This document shows positions 1 through 13,268 of a DNA stretch of 64,000 nt, piece by piece. The stretch spans positions 992,001 through 1,056,000 of the forward strand of contig JALMLS010000322.1 in assembly GCA_038496445.1 (NCBI GenBank), written 5' to 3'. Made by a program: the position numbers and the translations under genes. Origin of the DNA: Trichosphaerium sp. ATCC 40318. Its lineage: Eukaryota; Protista; Tubulinea. Each line of letters starts with the position of its first letter. Position 1 is the first letter of the stretch. The notes below the pieces were generated by a model, which was not told where the DNA came from, ran no database searches, and worked only from the letters and a program-made list of their open reading frames with translations.

Positions 1-3000
1 ATGGAAGCCACTGAGGAAGCTCTTCAATTATACTCAAAGAGTCCAAGAATAGGTTAGTTATTGACTGATATGTAACATCATCGCTGAACTTTCTAATATC
101 GCGCATCAAGAAACCAACAGCTTTACATACTTCAGGTTGTGGATCAAGCTACACGTGGGAGAAAACAAATAAGCACCAAAATAACAAAACAAGAAAATAA
201 AAAAAGGAGCTCACAGCGAGCTCCAAGAGAATGAAGAGAATCAAGCGTACCATAATAATTCTGAACATAACAGGTAATAAAGATAGAACCAAGTTTATAT
301 GTTGAGGGTTCTTGCTCATCAAAATAGCTTGAAGGCGAGCAAAAGCACCCCAAGAGTTTAAAACCGATACATCATATTTCTAATTAAAAATGTCATTCAA
401 CAGGACCAACTATAAACCACAAAACCAACAACTCTCATTAACATACCTGAGGACTACCTGAAGGAGATAAAAGGTCTTGACGTTGTCTAAAGAAGTAAGA
501 AAAAAAATCATAGTTAGCTTAGTGTACCCAGAAGAGTAGTGTTGGTGTACGTAGAATAGCATTAGTGCTGTCTGGAAGAAGTGTATGTAAATGTCTCCTG
601 GGTGTTGTACATTCTCAGCAGATAAAGAGAATATCTTCTCAACGAAAACAGCATCAAGAGGAGCTAATAAAAAGTCAGAAGAAAAAACAAATGAACAAAA
701 ATGTAACAAAAACTATAAAACACTCTCGTACGTGATAGTAGTCGTTTTGTGTAAATATCACGCAAGAATACTGTTGTCCAACTCGGATCTACAGAAGCAT
801 ATGATGCCATGAGGATAACAGCTGTCTAAAACAAGATATTAACATCCTATCAGAAAAAAAAAAAAAGAAAAAAAAGAGCTCGTACCTTTAACCTTTCCAA
901 AGTTCCTGCACGCTCCCAAGATATCATCTCAATAAGTTTAGTACCTATAGTAATAGCCAACTGTTCCACAGGTGGTGTGAATTTTACTACATGCATGTAA
1001 GATAACCACAATAGACATACGTAAATTCTTAAAAAAAGGATTTACCTTGAGGTGGAGACGCTATAAACGCTGTAGTACACTCATCAATAGCTCTTCGATA
1101 ATTTTCAATATCATGAGGAGCAGGGAGATCAACAGGGAACGTCTTACGGGCTATAAGATATGCAATCCAATTCAATGAATAAGGGTCAACTGACCATGTC
1201 TTAAAAGGTGCTTTTAAAGTATCTATAATTTAAGGTAAGAAATAATGGCAGAATATATAATCTTAGTACCCAAGAAGGATAATACATCCTTAGGATTGAG
1301 GTAAGCAACATTAGTGCCAAGCTCATTAATCAAGTATTTCATAAATCGTCCATCTTTGGAACCCATAAATCGAAGCTAAAATATTTGTCAACAACAAAAA
1401 AAAAACAATGTTTTCTCCTTTGTAAAATCCGTACAGCGTAAATTGACTCTTGTTTTAAACTATTGTTCCAAGGTGAAGGGTTCTTAGGTTGCCATAAGAA
1501 AGCAAAGAAGAATACTTCCTCAACAACCAACTTGACAAGATCTAAAGGCATATTCCTGTTCATAAAAATATTAGTCTTTTTTATTCATTCACCGTGACGT
1601 ACGGAATATCAACAGAGTGTTGTGCCAGTTCAATCCATATTCTTATTGTTGGGAATCTAACAGAGTGGTTTTTCTTTGCTAGAACAGGCTCTAATTGATA
1701 GACCATCTCAAGAACAGCTTGGTTATTAATCAAGAACTGAATAAACTCTTCTCTGTGAGCCAAACGCCCCTGAAGAGGTGTTGTTGCGTACTCAACCTTT
1801 AAAATCAAGGTGTAAGTATTCAATATCAATAAAGAAGGTAATGACGTACTGGTTTCGATTTAAATAAATGGTACAACTCACCAAATAAGAGAACAACATC
1901 AGAAGCATTCAATTGTTGCCAACTAAATTTGTAAGAAATAATAACAAAAAAAAACCATAAAGATTCCAAAACCACTCGCACCTTAGGTAATACAACTGAG
2001 GTAAAAATAACATCTTACATGGCCAAGGACTCCTTAATAGAACACCAACACATGTCAATATAAGTTGAGGGAACAAACGTGCAAGAGTCTTGAGTGATAA
2101 AAGTAAGAAAACAAAACAATTACAAAGAAGTACTTACCGTAATGCTGTTACCAATGGTTAGCAGAGCTCTCATGTAGTTCTTTTTAGCAATCACTGTTAA
2201 TCCTTTTTGTAAAGGTAATAGCACGTGATTTTTAACCTGCTCAAGGTTGAAGCCGCCAACAAGCGCCCAAGGGACCTACAGAGAATAATCAATGATCGAT
2301 AAGAAAAAAAAATAAAAATGCTTACCTGTGATATGGCTGCTATGTAGTCTTGCTCAAGGAGCTCATGGTCACTATTAAATAAGTGCGATAACCAATTCTC
2401 TTCAGTCAGATCAGTTATAGTAGGTTGAAGCAAAGGCGATCCCCATTGACATGCATTAATGGACATGAGTTTATCTAGTATAAATACAGCAACAGGCTCT
2501 TGCTAAACGAACAAAATTACTACATCATGCTTCAATGTAAGTATGAGCGTACCTTTACTGGAAGATCATCGCTCATCGCGAGATCAAGAAGCATAGGTGC
2601 TGGGGCTTTCTCTGGCTCTGATTTCTTTTGTAACATGTAGTAACCAACCTGAAAATAAAGAATTAAACAAAACAATCACTTTTCTTTAACCTCCACGAAA
2701 TACATACCATAAGAATGAGACCACGAACAACACCAGCTGAATGAGCTGATAATTGTTGTTTATTTTTAGGTGCTTTAGGAGTTAAAGGGCCGAAATAAAT
2801 ACATCAAAAAAAACAAAACTGAGGAATAAAGAAAAGGGAAGAAGGATACACAATAATGTGCAGAGTTGACTAAAGAATTCCTTCAAATGAGAAAAATCTA
2901 GCTTTATCTGAGGTATAGCAGCATGTAAGTATCTCCCAATACTAAGCTCAGCATATGTCTGCTCAAAAAGAGAAAGCCAAACAGGTCGCTTATTGTAAAC

Positions 3001-4259
3001 CTAAAGAAAAAACACTCAGAAAAAAAAAAATCAAATTGAATTCAAAAAAAAGTTTCCAAAAAAGTCTTAAAGTGTCACTTACGCTCAGTAGAGAGAACTT
3101 ATCTTTTAGAACTGTAAACATGCCTTCATTAAGCGTAGCAATTTTTGTAGTAACACTTCAACTGTCAAAGAAAAAAAACGTTCCGGAAAAAAGCGGAGGA
3201 AAACGAAAAAACAAAAAAAAAGTTTTTTGGGGTTGTTGAGGATACGTATGCTCTAATGACTTGCAGCATCTTGTTTTATATTTTTTTGACATTGGTGGAA
3301 ACGACCAAAGGGATGTATGAGACATTTGAGCCTCTGCTTCATGCTAGGAGCGAGTAAGAAATAAAATCAAAAAAAAAAAGTTGATTTTTGATTTTCTCAA
3401 AAGAATGATCGTTAGATGACGTTAAAAGTGGACAGTAATTTTTTTCAGTATTTTTAAGAGCGTAAAAGCGAATAAAGAGCGTGACCACAAATTTTTAGCA
3501 AAAGAAATCGCCACGTGGTTGATAATATGAATTCATTGCTATAGGCTGGTTTTATGTACCATTTGCTTTGCTTGTAGAGCGCCTCCGTGTTGAACGCTCG
3601 CTCGGTACAATTCTTTAACGAGATATTCTAAAATGTCTTTTGTGAAGGCTGCAGCATTCTATTGGGTTATTTGTAAGCGAACGTTAATAGTTTTTAAAAG
3701 CGTTAAACGATTTAAAAGAATAAAAAAGATACTATCGGTTTTAACTTACGCCGCTGCCTACAGCTTCCATATTTCTATTCACCGCTGTCATTGTGATACT
3801 TAATGTAGGATCAATAACGGTTTCCAGCAAATTACCGTTTTCTGCCGCGTCTAGATTCTCCTGAGCGAATAATTGCACCTCCTCGCCTTCTTTTTTATCG
3901 GTATTTTGAGTTTGCTCACTTTGAGAGCTCTGCGTTACGAAAGCCGATAAGACAGGTTGTGGAAGGACCATTTGAGGTGAGTAAGACGGTTGGTTCGTTT
4001 GTAGGTATGAACCTGTCATCATATACGAAGGGTGAAACTGGTTTGTTTGTAGTTGAGGGTTTGTCATTTGCGGCCCACGCACAGTAGCTTGAAAGTTGGG
4101 GTTTGCGTACATTCCAGGCCTTGCAGCGGCAAACGACCCAGCAGGGCCTGTAGTACCCGTGGGTGCGCCAGTAGGCCGTGGTTGTCCTTGAGGAGGATAC
4201 GCACGGTAAACATATTGCCCCGGCTGACGCTGGGTGTTTTGATGTGGTGGTTTCTCCAT
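1..4259 (-). CDS. Large multi-exon protein of unknown function with Q/P-rich N-terminus and helical body; runs off the left edge (may be two genes)
   Basis: ATG at 4259 (MEKPPHQNTQRQPGQ...). GT-AG bounded exon-like segments continue down to base 1 (e.g. VYNKRPVWLSLFEQTYAEL, MNRNMPLDLVKLVVEEVFFF). Splicing at 3240-3600 is ambiguous. No family recognised. Confidence 0.5.
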
Positions 4260-4861
4260 CACTTTGGTAACTCTATGAGCTAACAAGCGTTGATGATTAT
4301 TCCCAAACACTGACGAATGACTTTTCAAAAAAAAAACAAAAAAAAAGTCATACAGAAACTTAACGACGCTTCTTTACCAACCACACGCCATATTTTTTAT
4401 CATGTACAACAGCTGGGCTCATAACTACCGTTAAACCATTACGCAAAAAATAAAAAACGTTACAACGCGTTACTGACAACGTAGCCTTCGTTATTTACCG
4501 TTTGGTGTATCGAGCTCTTTTCTAACGAAGAAAAACCTGACGTGGTTAGCGAATAATGTCAATTTCGCTTTTGAGCATATGTGAGATAACCTTTGAACAT
4601 GTTTAGGACAATATGAAGTTATGTATACTGAGTTTTATCAAAGTTATTTTTGCTTTGTTGTCTGCGTCCCTGCAATGTGCACGGCAATACATTTTCATCG
4701 CTGATGCGACCACATGATTGGGTATAAACTATGACAGACCAGTATATGTCACATGTCACTAACAGGTTGTTCTGTTATTCAGGTAAAGTGTAAAAATAGA
4801 ATTTTAAGCGACGTTTCGCCATTAGTCTTTTAAATTATAACTAAAAAGAAGGCAACACGCA

Positions 4862-5995
4862 ATGAGCAACTCGGTATCACTAGATTCTGTGCCTACAGAG
4901 GTCCTAAGCTGTATTCTAAGCTTTTTGAATACAAACGATGATCTTTTGTCTGCAGCCCAGTGTAATGTCTTGTTTTCAGATATAATACACTCTATAATAG
5001 GATACAAACATGTATACATTACAGACAAGCGAGCAAAGTCAATAGCAAAGCATAAAGGCATCATCAAAAGATCAACACTTCATTTCATTGGTGGCAATAA
5101 AAAAACCTACTACCTCTTTGCTGGTGCACAAAATGTGTCACTCACAAAGTTCCGGAATATAAGTGAAGCAGGGATTAAAGGGTTTGCTGGCGTCAATTAC
5201 ATTAGTTTACGAGGATGTGACAATGTAACAGATGCCAGTGTTAGCGCATTAGCAGGTGTACACGAAATAGTATTGGATTTTACTAGTGTAGGTGATGATG
5301 GTCTCAAAGCACTTGCTGGTGTTTACAAGATTAGTTTAATGACTTGTGGCAATATTACAGATGAAGGTGTTCGTGCATTAGCAGGCGTACATGACATTAA
5401 TCTTTATTTTTGTCACAGAGTGACAGATGAAGGAATTAAAGCACTGAGTGGTGTACACACAATCGGTATAGCTAAGAACAGAAACATTAGTGATGCTGGT
5501 ATTCGAGCTCTTTCAGGTGTTTATGACATTGATCTGAAGCAAAGTACGTCTTTGGTAACTGTAGCAGCCTATAAAGCTATTGCTGGAGTTCACACTATAA
5601 AATTATCTTTTTCAGACGTGACAGATGACTGTCTTCAATATCTTGCTGGAGTTCACACTATTGATTTATCTTATACTTCTGTCAGTGATATTGGCGTCAA
5701 AGCGCTTGCTGGTGTTCATACAATCAACTTGACATGGAACAAGTATTTGACAGACGAAGGTGTGATTGCGCTTGCAGGAGTTACAACTATTCAATTAGGA
5801 CACTGTAAAAAAATCACTGATGTGGGTGTAAAAGCACTTGTTGGTGTTGAGACTATTGTAGTGAATGGATGTCCTCTTGTTACTGCTACAGGGCTACTTA
5901 CTCTTGGCCATGCTGAAATTTTTGCGGATAAACCAGTCTTGGAAGAGTTGGCTTCAATGAAAAAGCAAAAACGAAAAAAAACAGACTTTAAATAA
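4862..5995 (+). CDS. Intronless F-box/leucine-rich repeat protein
   Basis: N-terminal LDSVPTEVLSCILSFL F-box motif, then about 11 repeats of GVHTIxLxxxxVTDEGxKAL in one 377 aa ORF. Confidence 0.9.
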   Translation: MSNSVSLDSVPTEVLSCILSFLNTNDDLLSAAQCNVLFSDIIHSIIGYKHVYITDKRAKSIAKHKGIIKRSTLHFIGGNKKTYYLFAGAQNVSLTKFRNISEAGIKGFAGVNYISLRGCDNVTDASVSALAGVHEIVLDFTSVGDDGLKALAGVYKISLMTCGNITDEGVRALAGVHDINLYFCHRVTDEGIKALSGVHTIGIAKNRNISDAGIRALSGVYDIDLKQSTSLVTVAAYKAIAGVHTIKLSFSDVTDDCLQYLAGVHTIDLSYTSVSDIGVKALAGVHTINLTWNKYLTDEGVIALAGVTTIQLGHCKKITDVGVKALVGVETIVVNGCPLVTATGLLTLGHAEIFADKPVLEELASMKKQKRKKTDFK

Positions 5996-6330
5996 CTATG
6001 AGGGTACTATAGATACTAGACAACGTATTCAACATAATGTCTTGTATGTATATAAACTGATTTATTACAGTTTGATATGACAGAGTTTCGCTCAATCTCA
6101 TAAAAACCTTTCACATAAAAACACAACTTTGTCAAAAAAAAAACCCCGAATTTCTCCACTCTCCTTTATTTTTGTTGATCATTGTTAGTGAAAGTCTCGT
6201 TTGTTCACCTCATTTGTTTAAATTTAGTGGTTTTGAGCGCAATGACAGGTGCTGATTGATCACGCCAGAAATTCCAGTTTCGTCAACCGATGTCTACCCG
6301 TAAAGATTTCGGGCTTATTTTAGAGTTACA

Positions 6331-7277
6331 ATGGGCACTACAGCAACAAAGCAGAAGTTGGCTGAAGTATTATCAGACCCTCAGAACGATGCAACGGTCA
6401 AAGTAGCGTTTGAAGCGTATGATAAAGATAAATCAGGCTTTATTGATAGAAAAGAGGCCAAATGTTTCGCTAAAGACCTTATAAAGATTGTAACGGAAAA
6501 TTCGCCAATAACAAAGGACCAGGTACGAGTTTTAGATAATAGACGCGCAAACCGAACTCCCGGAGGTCTATTGTTATTTGACGTGATATTCTAACCATTA
6601 TTTGCAGTTATTGCGGGGTATTTCGATGACTGAGTATGTGGAGGCTAATTTTCAACTGATGGACAAGAATGGGGACAACCAAGTTAAATACGATGAATTT
6701 AAGGCTTTTTTAGTTGAAAACGGTTAAAATTTAATTAAAGTTGTAAAACTGACTGTAAACTGAACGCAGAGAATGCTACAGAATAAACTAAAATGTCAGC
6801 TATAACTTAAAAGTAAGCTTAGTTTTTTACGCCTCTTCAATGCAAGTAACTCTCCCTACTGCGCTGTATTATAATAAAGAAGCAACTCTGAGCCTTGGTG
6901 GTTATATCGGCACAGAATTTCCATCATTTGAAGCTGTGGCGCTATCACCTAAACCCAGCGCGAGTATCACCTTCATTTTTGGTTCTTTTGATGATGCTTT
7001 AAAGTTTTTTTTTACCAAAGGTATTGAAGCGCTTCGCAAGGAGTTCAAGTACGGGCAATGGTCACCAGGAGAATCAAATGCGAACGGAAAAACGGTTATG
7101 GGCTTTTTTACACATGACGACAAAGAATATGCTTGTAGAATGCTACAACTGTGTAACATACGCGAAGAGAAGCTTGCAGATATCTTAGCAGAGTTTCAAA
7201 AGCCAACCGTCTCAACTACAACGCCGTTCAAGTATAATGATATTAAAGAACCTGAAAAAGAGGATGTACAACCGTAA
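6331..7277 (+). CDS. EF-hand calcium-binding protein, predicted N-myristoylated, with an unrecognised C-terminal domain
   Basis: MGTTATK start; EF loops DKDKSGFIDRKE and DKNGDNQVKYDE; introns at ~6523-6607, ~6723-6769 and ~6813-6850 join it to the 6840-7277 ORF. Confidence 0.75.
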
Positions 7278-7651
7278 TACGACGTTTGTACCCAAAACGT
7301 TTATTGGTTTACTTAAAATCACTATTATGTCACAAACGGACACAGTGACCACTGGCTAGTTCTATCAATCGTCACGCCAGTTACTGTAAATAAGATCTTC
7401 TTTAAACTTGCATTTTGGAAGCGCACTTGTCGTGCTATTTTCACGTGTTGAACTTTAAGTCGTTCTGATGGTTAGAACTGTTGGCATCACGTAGCTGACT
7501 CGTCTTTTCTTTCATTTTCATTGAATTAACACGGTTTGTCAAAACCAAAATCTGGTTTCGCAGTTTTCTGGAAGTTAATAACTAACTGGGCCATAGCCTT
7601 CGATTTTTACATAGCGAAAGCAAATATCTACGACCCGGACCGGATTTGTTG

Positions 7652-10600
7652 TTCAATGATTGGTTATATTGCTTGTGTTCACTTCAATCTTCACAAAGCA
7701 CAACACTGATGGCTGAGATAGCTCTAAGCGGTTTAGACCTTGTTGAGAAGATAGCTGGTATTGTTCAACTAGTAATAGATGTTTACGAAGGCTTAAAGAA
7801 TAACAAGAAGCTATGTGGTCGTCTCGTTGAAAGATTACAAGCAATAGAGGATGTTATACAGCGTACGTTTTAAAGAATGACCTTCACTTTTGTTATTACC
7901 CCTTTTGTGTTAACTATGGCTAGAACCCAATCACAAAAAAGCGTTGGGTGAAGACAGCGCATCAGCTTGTTTGAAAAGACTCCTTAAAGTTTGTGAGGAA
8001 GCACAAAAGTATGTTGAAGAGTTCAAGGACTTGGGATTATTTGGACAGGTGTTCGCATTTCAGTCTGCTAAAGATGACTTTATGGTACTTGTGTTCGATG
8101 CTAGTTACTATTAATTACAGCTTAGGACATTGATAGAAGACTGTCTGATGCGGTTGTCGACCTAAACGCATTGTGCTTATGTAAGTTAGAGACCGCTTTA
8201 TTGTCCAGTGATGAAGTTCAAGAGCTGCTTTGTACACTTCTAATCATTGGTAATTACGTCCTTACGCGTTTAATATAGTGGATAAAGAAACTGGCGCCAT
8301 GGCAATGATGAAAAAAGACAAGACACTGCAGTACACAAACTAGATTTTTTTTTTTGTGTAGTTGTCGACTAAATCGTTTTTAGAATGATCACGTGGTTAG
8401 ATTCTCACCCAGAAAATAATAGTATGATGTTTTAGCGGATTTGTTTTTTTTCTTTATGAAATAGCCAACCGTTCACTAACACGTGCCTGTTTCAGATGTT
8501 TTTATCAAAGCCACTTCAAACGAGAATAAAAATCTGCTTTTTATTCAATGTAAAAGTTACCAAGATGTGCGATCGTAATTTTTGTTTTTACCCTAACTCC
8601 TTTTTTTTGAAGGTGTTCACCAATCTGCTTGCTAACCGCACTCTTGCTAACGAATGCGGTCTGTGGCGTTGGGTACGATGAGGAACGATATTCTGACTAT
8701 GAACTTGTTAACATGAATTGCTAGAGAATTATCTGCAGCGCAAGCCATCTAACGAAAAATGAAGAAGATGGCGAAAACACTTACGAGGACCTTATAAAAA
8801 ACTTGCTAGACCAAAATATGATGGTACCTTAAATCCCCTCAAATAGGTTTGTTGACGACGTTTAGTTGCCAGTGATGGTGTACACTTCAAAACCCAAAGC
8901 TGACACAGTAAGAAAATGTTTGGCAAGCAATGACAACATCTCTTGTCACCCAAATACATGCGCAACATCAATTGCGAAGCACATGAACAAGTATGATCTT
9001 TTACCATGTTTTGTTTTGTTGGTATTAATAGCACGTGCATTAGGTATTGCTGCTTTGAAACTCTTTTGTGGATTGGAGATTCAGATGATGATGAGATTAC
9101 TGCACGTTTAAAGTCACGTGTAGTGTCTCTTGACTAACCTTTCCTTAAGAACACAATTCATGAAATACAGCATAAAGGCGTTGTTGTAGCACATCACGTG
9201 GTATTTGAAGATGATGAGGATGACGAAGGTGAAACTGATGGTATGTTTGGTTTTTATTTAATTGTTTTGATTTACCTTTGTTGTAGTAGAATGGGCCGAG
9301 AAGGTTCTAACAGAAATCCAGGAAACAATTAAAAACAAAGAAAGGTAATCACTTCAGTTTGTTTTTCTTTTTTTACCTTTTCTCGTTTATTCTCACACGT
9401 GATTTGTTTTGTTTAGTAGTATACGCATTCTTGTTCATATTAGTACGTTTGTTTTCTTAGTGTAGTCTTTAAAATTAAAGATCTCAAGTCACAACCGTTG
9501 GACCAAAGACACTCTTCCTAAAATCTTTTTTATTTTTGCCACATCCTTGTCACTTTGTAACTCGTCATATTGAACAGAATAACTTATACATGCCTATTTA
9601 ATATAATCTAAATTGATGTTAGAAAGCGATGAAGATGAAGATGAGATAGAGGAGAAATTGGATCTCATTAAAAAAATTCGAGGAGATTGGACTTGGAAGC
9701 ACAAAGTCATGTTCTACTGCGATGACAAGGCATTTTTGACAGAGCATGTTTCAGAATTTATTAAAGCTGATGGTATTACAGTACGCAAACGACAACAGTA
9801 TTAATACATGACTAACACAAACCAAGGCAACAGACAAGCTTTCTGATGTTGTAAAATATGGTTCAATCCCAAAACCAAAACCAAAAGTAGAAGCACCTGA
9901 AGGAACATTAAAGATAACAAAAATCATCGGCAAAAAGCTGATAGTGTGCGACAGTACGTAACATTAAACGAAAACGATCTTTTTTTTTCTCAGTTTTTTT
10001 CAAACAACATCACGGGATAAAACTATGGATTCTCCTCCCACTTCCAAATCTTCTTCATTAAACAATATTTATTGTATTATCAGATGTACAACTGTAATTT
10101 TATTAATCATTTTGAATAGGGAGATCAAGTGATCCATACATTACTTTTGAACAAAACAAAGTTTTGATTCCAGGAGACAAAGCCAAAACCAAGTATAAGA
10201 AGAGCACCTTAAACCCAAAATGGAATAAATTAAATCTTGAAATGTACGCCAAAGATAGTAATTAATGATATCTTGTTTGTATTTTACTATGTGTTGACTT
10301 ACTTTATCAAAGACCTTGCAAATCTGATGCTACAGTATCTATTGTTTGTTGGGATTGGAACAGATTTGGAAAAGAAATATTTATGGGAGAGGCAGCAATA
10401 GTGTTGTCTACTGATGTTGTGATGAAACAAGCCGATGGACCTGTTGAGTGTACATTCAAATTATCAGATCCAAGCAAACGTGCTAAAAAGAAAAAACCAG
10501 TAAGTCTGCTAAACCTTAAAACTACTCAGCTAGTGATCAAAATAACTAACACCCACGTGTTTCTATTTAGATAAAGACTGGAGAACTGACAGTTACGATG

Positions 10601-10830
10601 CAGTGGATAAAGAAATGATTCTTCCAACGACATTGTATGTGCACTACATGTAACTTTCAATCAATCACTATGTATGAATAAAATCGCACTACAATGTTAT
10701 AACCTTGTCATGGTTCGGTAATACTAGTAGTTCTTGGTGGGTAAATACTTTTGATGATTAACGATGAGCGTTCAACTTTTATTTCTAATTACCTCAATAT
10801 GTACCTGAGCTTGAGCTATGGAAGGCTATT
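7652..10830 (+). repeat. Left arm of a ~3.1 kb inverted segmental duplication (partner 18622-21752)
   Basis: Near-identical to the reverse complement of 18622-21752, including introns, 5' flank (ttcaatgattggtta) and 3' flank (cctgagcttgagctatggaaggctattt). Confidence 0.95.
7709..10618 (+). CDS. MLKL/HeLo-like four-helix bundle + two receiver(REC)-like domains + C2 domain protein, copy A
   Basis: Hand-spliced multi-exon model: MAEIALSGLDLVEKIAGIVQLVIDVYEGLKNNKKLCGRLVERLQAIEDVI...LKRLLKVCEEAQKYVEEF...DDFMDIDRRLSDAVVDL; then ITWLDSHPENN...RIICS...LPVMVYTS; then LLWIGD...IRILVH...DLIKKIR...KVMFYC; then C2 motifs SSDPY, KSTLNPKWN, CWDWNRFGKEIFMG; TGA at 10616-10618. Confidence 0.8.
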
Positions 10831-11083
10831 TCGGCAAAACTCAGATTTTTCAAGTGTTCAAGTATGACGTTTCAACATTCATGAGCACGTCATATAATTT
10901 GATGTTCACGTGCACTATTTAAACCAGTAGTTATGTAGAAACTGTTGAGAAGCCCATAGGAATGTACTTTTTCTGAATTCAGCCTTAACTTCTAAATCAC
11001 TGAATTCCTAAACAGATAAGGCCTTTTTGACCTTAAACGGCCTTCAGTTTGAATACTTATACTCGTAGGTACAATACATCATA

Positions 11084-12474
11084 ATGTACGCAGCTACAGA
11101 AGGCTTTAATGTTGATAGCAAGAGGTATAATCTGAAAACCTTATCTTTTTAACAAACAAATAGATACGATCGTGCAAGGCCTTCTTATAGGCAAGATGTC
11201 GTTGAAAGTGTCATTAAAACATTGGCACTTGACAAGACAAAGACAATCGTTGAAATAGGCGCAGGAACGGGCATATTCACGCGTTTACTAGGTAACTAGC
11301 CTTACAAACGCCAATATACCATAATTGACGTTTATTTAGTTCCAACGAACGCTAAAATCATTGCTATTGAGCCTGTTGAAGGTACGAGTATCTTGTGAGG
11401 CGGTTTAAACCAACATCTATGTAGCTATGAGAAATCTTTTGAAACAAACCCTTCCAGGTTCGTTTTTATGTCGCTTTTATATCCTCTAACACTATTAGAC
11501 ATTGAAGTACATAATGGTAGAGGTGATAGCATACCTTTAGGTGATGGTGTGGCTGATGGTATTGTAATTGCCCAAGCGTTCCATTGGTACAAGAAATGAT
11601 GGTTTAAACATACCAACGAGTACTAGGATGGCAACAAAAGAAACACTTAAAGAACTGTCACGAGTCCTGAAGCCAAAAGGTTCAACGAAATTTTCAAAAC
11701 TCTTGAGTCACGTGTTGTTTTCTTTTTTGAAATCTAAGGATAGGTATTTGTTAAATACTCATAAGCGTATTAGGGAAGGTTGTATTGGTTTGGAATGCAA
11801 TGGATGAGTCCTTTCCATGGGTTAGTTTTCTGTTTGGTTTTTTTTTCTTACAAGAATAAAGGTTAAACAATTATGTGATTTGTTGCACCCTCATAGAGGT
11901 GAAACACCTCAATACTGGTACTATTATAGTGTGATGTTATTGGTGGTTTTTTGAAGTTCACAAAAATATCACGTGCTGATTTAATGTCCTTTTTGTTCCA
12001 AACCTTGCTTCAATTTTTGAAAAGTTTTTATTCAATTGCCTTGTTTGTTACTGACTGGGTATACAAGGCTTGGATGGTGGAAAAAATGTTTCGATGGGCA
12101 AGATATATTTTCAATGCCATTAAATCACCAACATTTTACTGGTGTAAAACAACAAGTGAGCTCTGTGTTAGGTGCGAAAAAAATAGACTCCAAAAATCAT
12201 CATTATTTGTATTCGTCTTTAACGTGCTTTTAGTGATTGAGGACCGTATTTTGAGCATAAGCTACATGTCAAAGCTTGATAAAGAAGTGCAAGAAAAAGT
12301 TAGAGAAAACGTGAAAAAGATAGTGAATGAGAGAAAAGAGAACAAAGACGGTTTGGTAAGTTTAGTTCGGTTCTTCTTTTTTTCTTACAAAAACCCAGAA
12401 TGTTATTAACTAATTTCTTATTATAGTACATCCCATACTACACTGATGTTTTTGCTACAACAAGATTAGATTAA
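11084..12474 (+). CDS. Class I SAM-dependent methyltransferase (Methyltransf_11-like)
   Basis: YDRARPSY, IVEIGAGTGIFTRLL, IIAIEP, AQAFHW, ELSRVLKPKG and terminal IPYYTDVF motifs across spliced exons. Confidence 0.85.
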
Positions 12475-13268
12475 ATGGCTTTTTAACACTAAATATCAAT
12501 AACCAAACACACCTACATACAATAAAAATAACACAAAAAAGGAAATAAAACTCCGTTTGTAACAAAATCCAGTTAGAAGAATCTTTAGGTCAGTACCAAC
12601 GGAAAAAGTAACTAGCCTGGTTGCAAGATATAGTAACGTATCATTGGCTCAAATATAACACATTAGTCTAGTTGTTATATCTTATATACAGGTGATACGG
12701 AGGAAAGAAGATCCACAAATTGGATTTCGGATAAATTCAGTTTTTTTGGATCAGAAAAAGGTTTGAGATAGCTATCAAATCCTTGTACGCATCGGGAACA
12801 ATTACAAGCGTTTCCACATAACCTACACAAAGCACATACAGTACCGCCGTATTGTTTCCCTTGCCCTGGAAGTACATTTTGTATACTGGGCGGTACCAGT
12901 GCATCCACCTTTCAAACTCGTGCTTGTATTGTATAAGGCAAAACCATACCCCTCCGGCTTCAGGATTATATCTTGGACATAGGCTTTAACTTTGACTGGC
13001 CTTTCACTATGATTGATAGTGAAGCCCTAGAGTACAAGGCAATGGCTATTTTTTTCTGCAATTCAGATAGTATTTTTTGCGATTTACGTTGTTGCTAACA
13101 TGAGTTAGCTTTTTCAAAATTTTCTCCACACGTTTCCCATAACATCTCTAGTCACGTGATACTTTGGAGTTAGGTCAGACAAAGTAAAGATATCGCAATC
13201 GCAAATGTTGTAAGAATTATACTTGTACTATCTTCAAGCGCTGCATTTGAATATCTAAGTTAGCCTTA

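Noticed and set aside
1-3240. Assignment to a Mediator or Integrator subunit
   Set aside because: Helical character and a Q/P-rich leader are suggestive, but no motif match could be confirmed.
10752-10810. C/D-box snoRNA (TGATGA...CTGA)
   Set aside because: Short, no terminal stem, no recognisable guide, and the C-box part is missing from the duplicated arm.
12560-13060. Small minus-strand gene (includes ORF 12675-12908)
   Set aside because: Some exon-like segments, but I could not build a consistent model or recognise a product.
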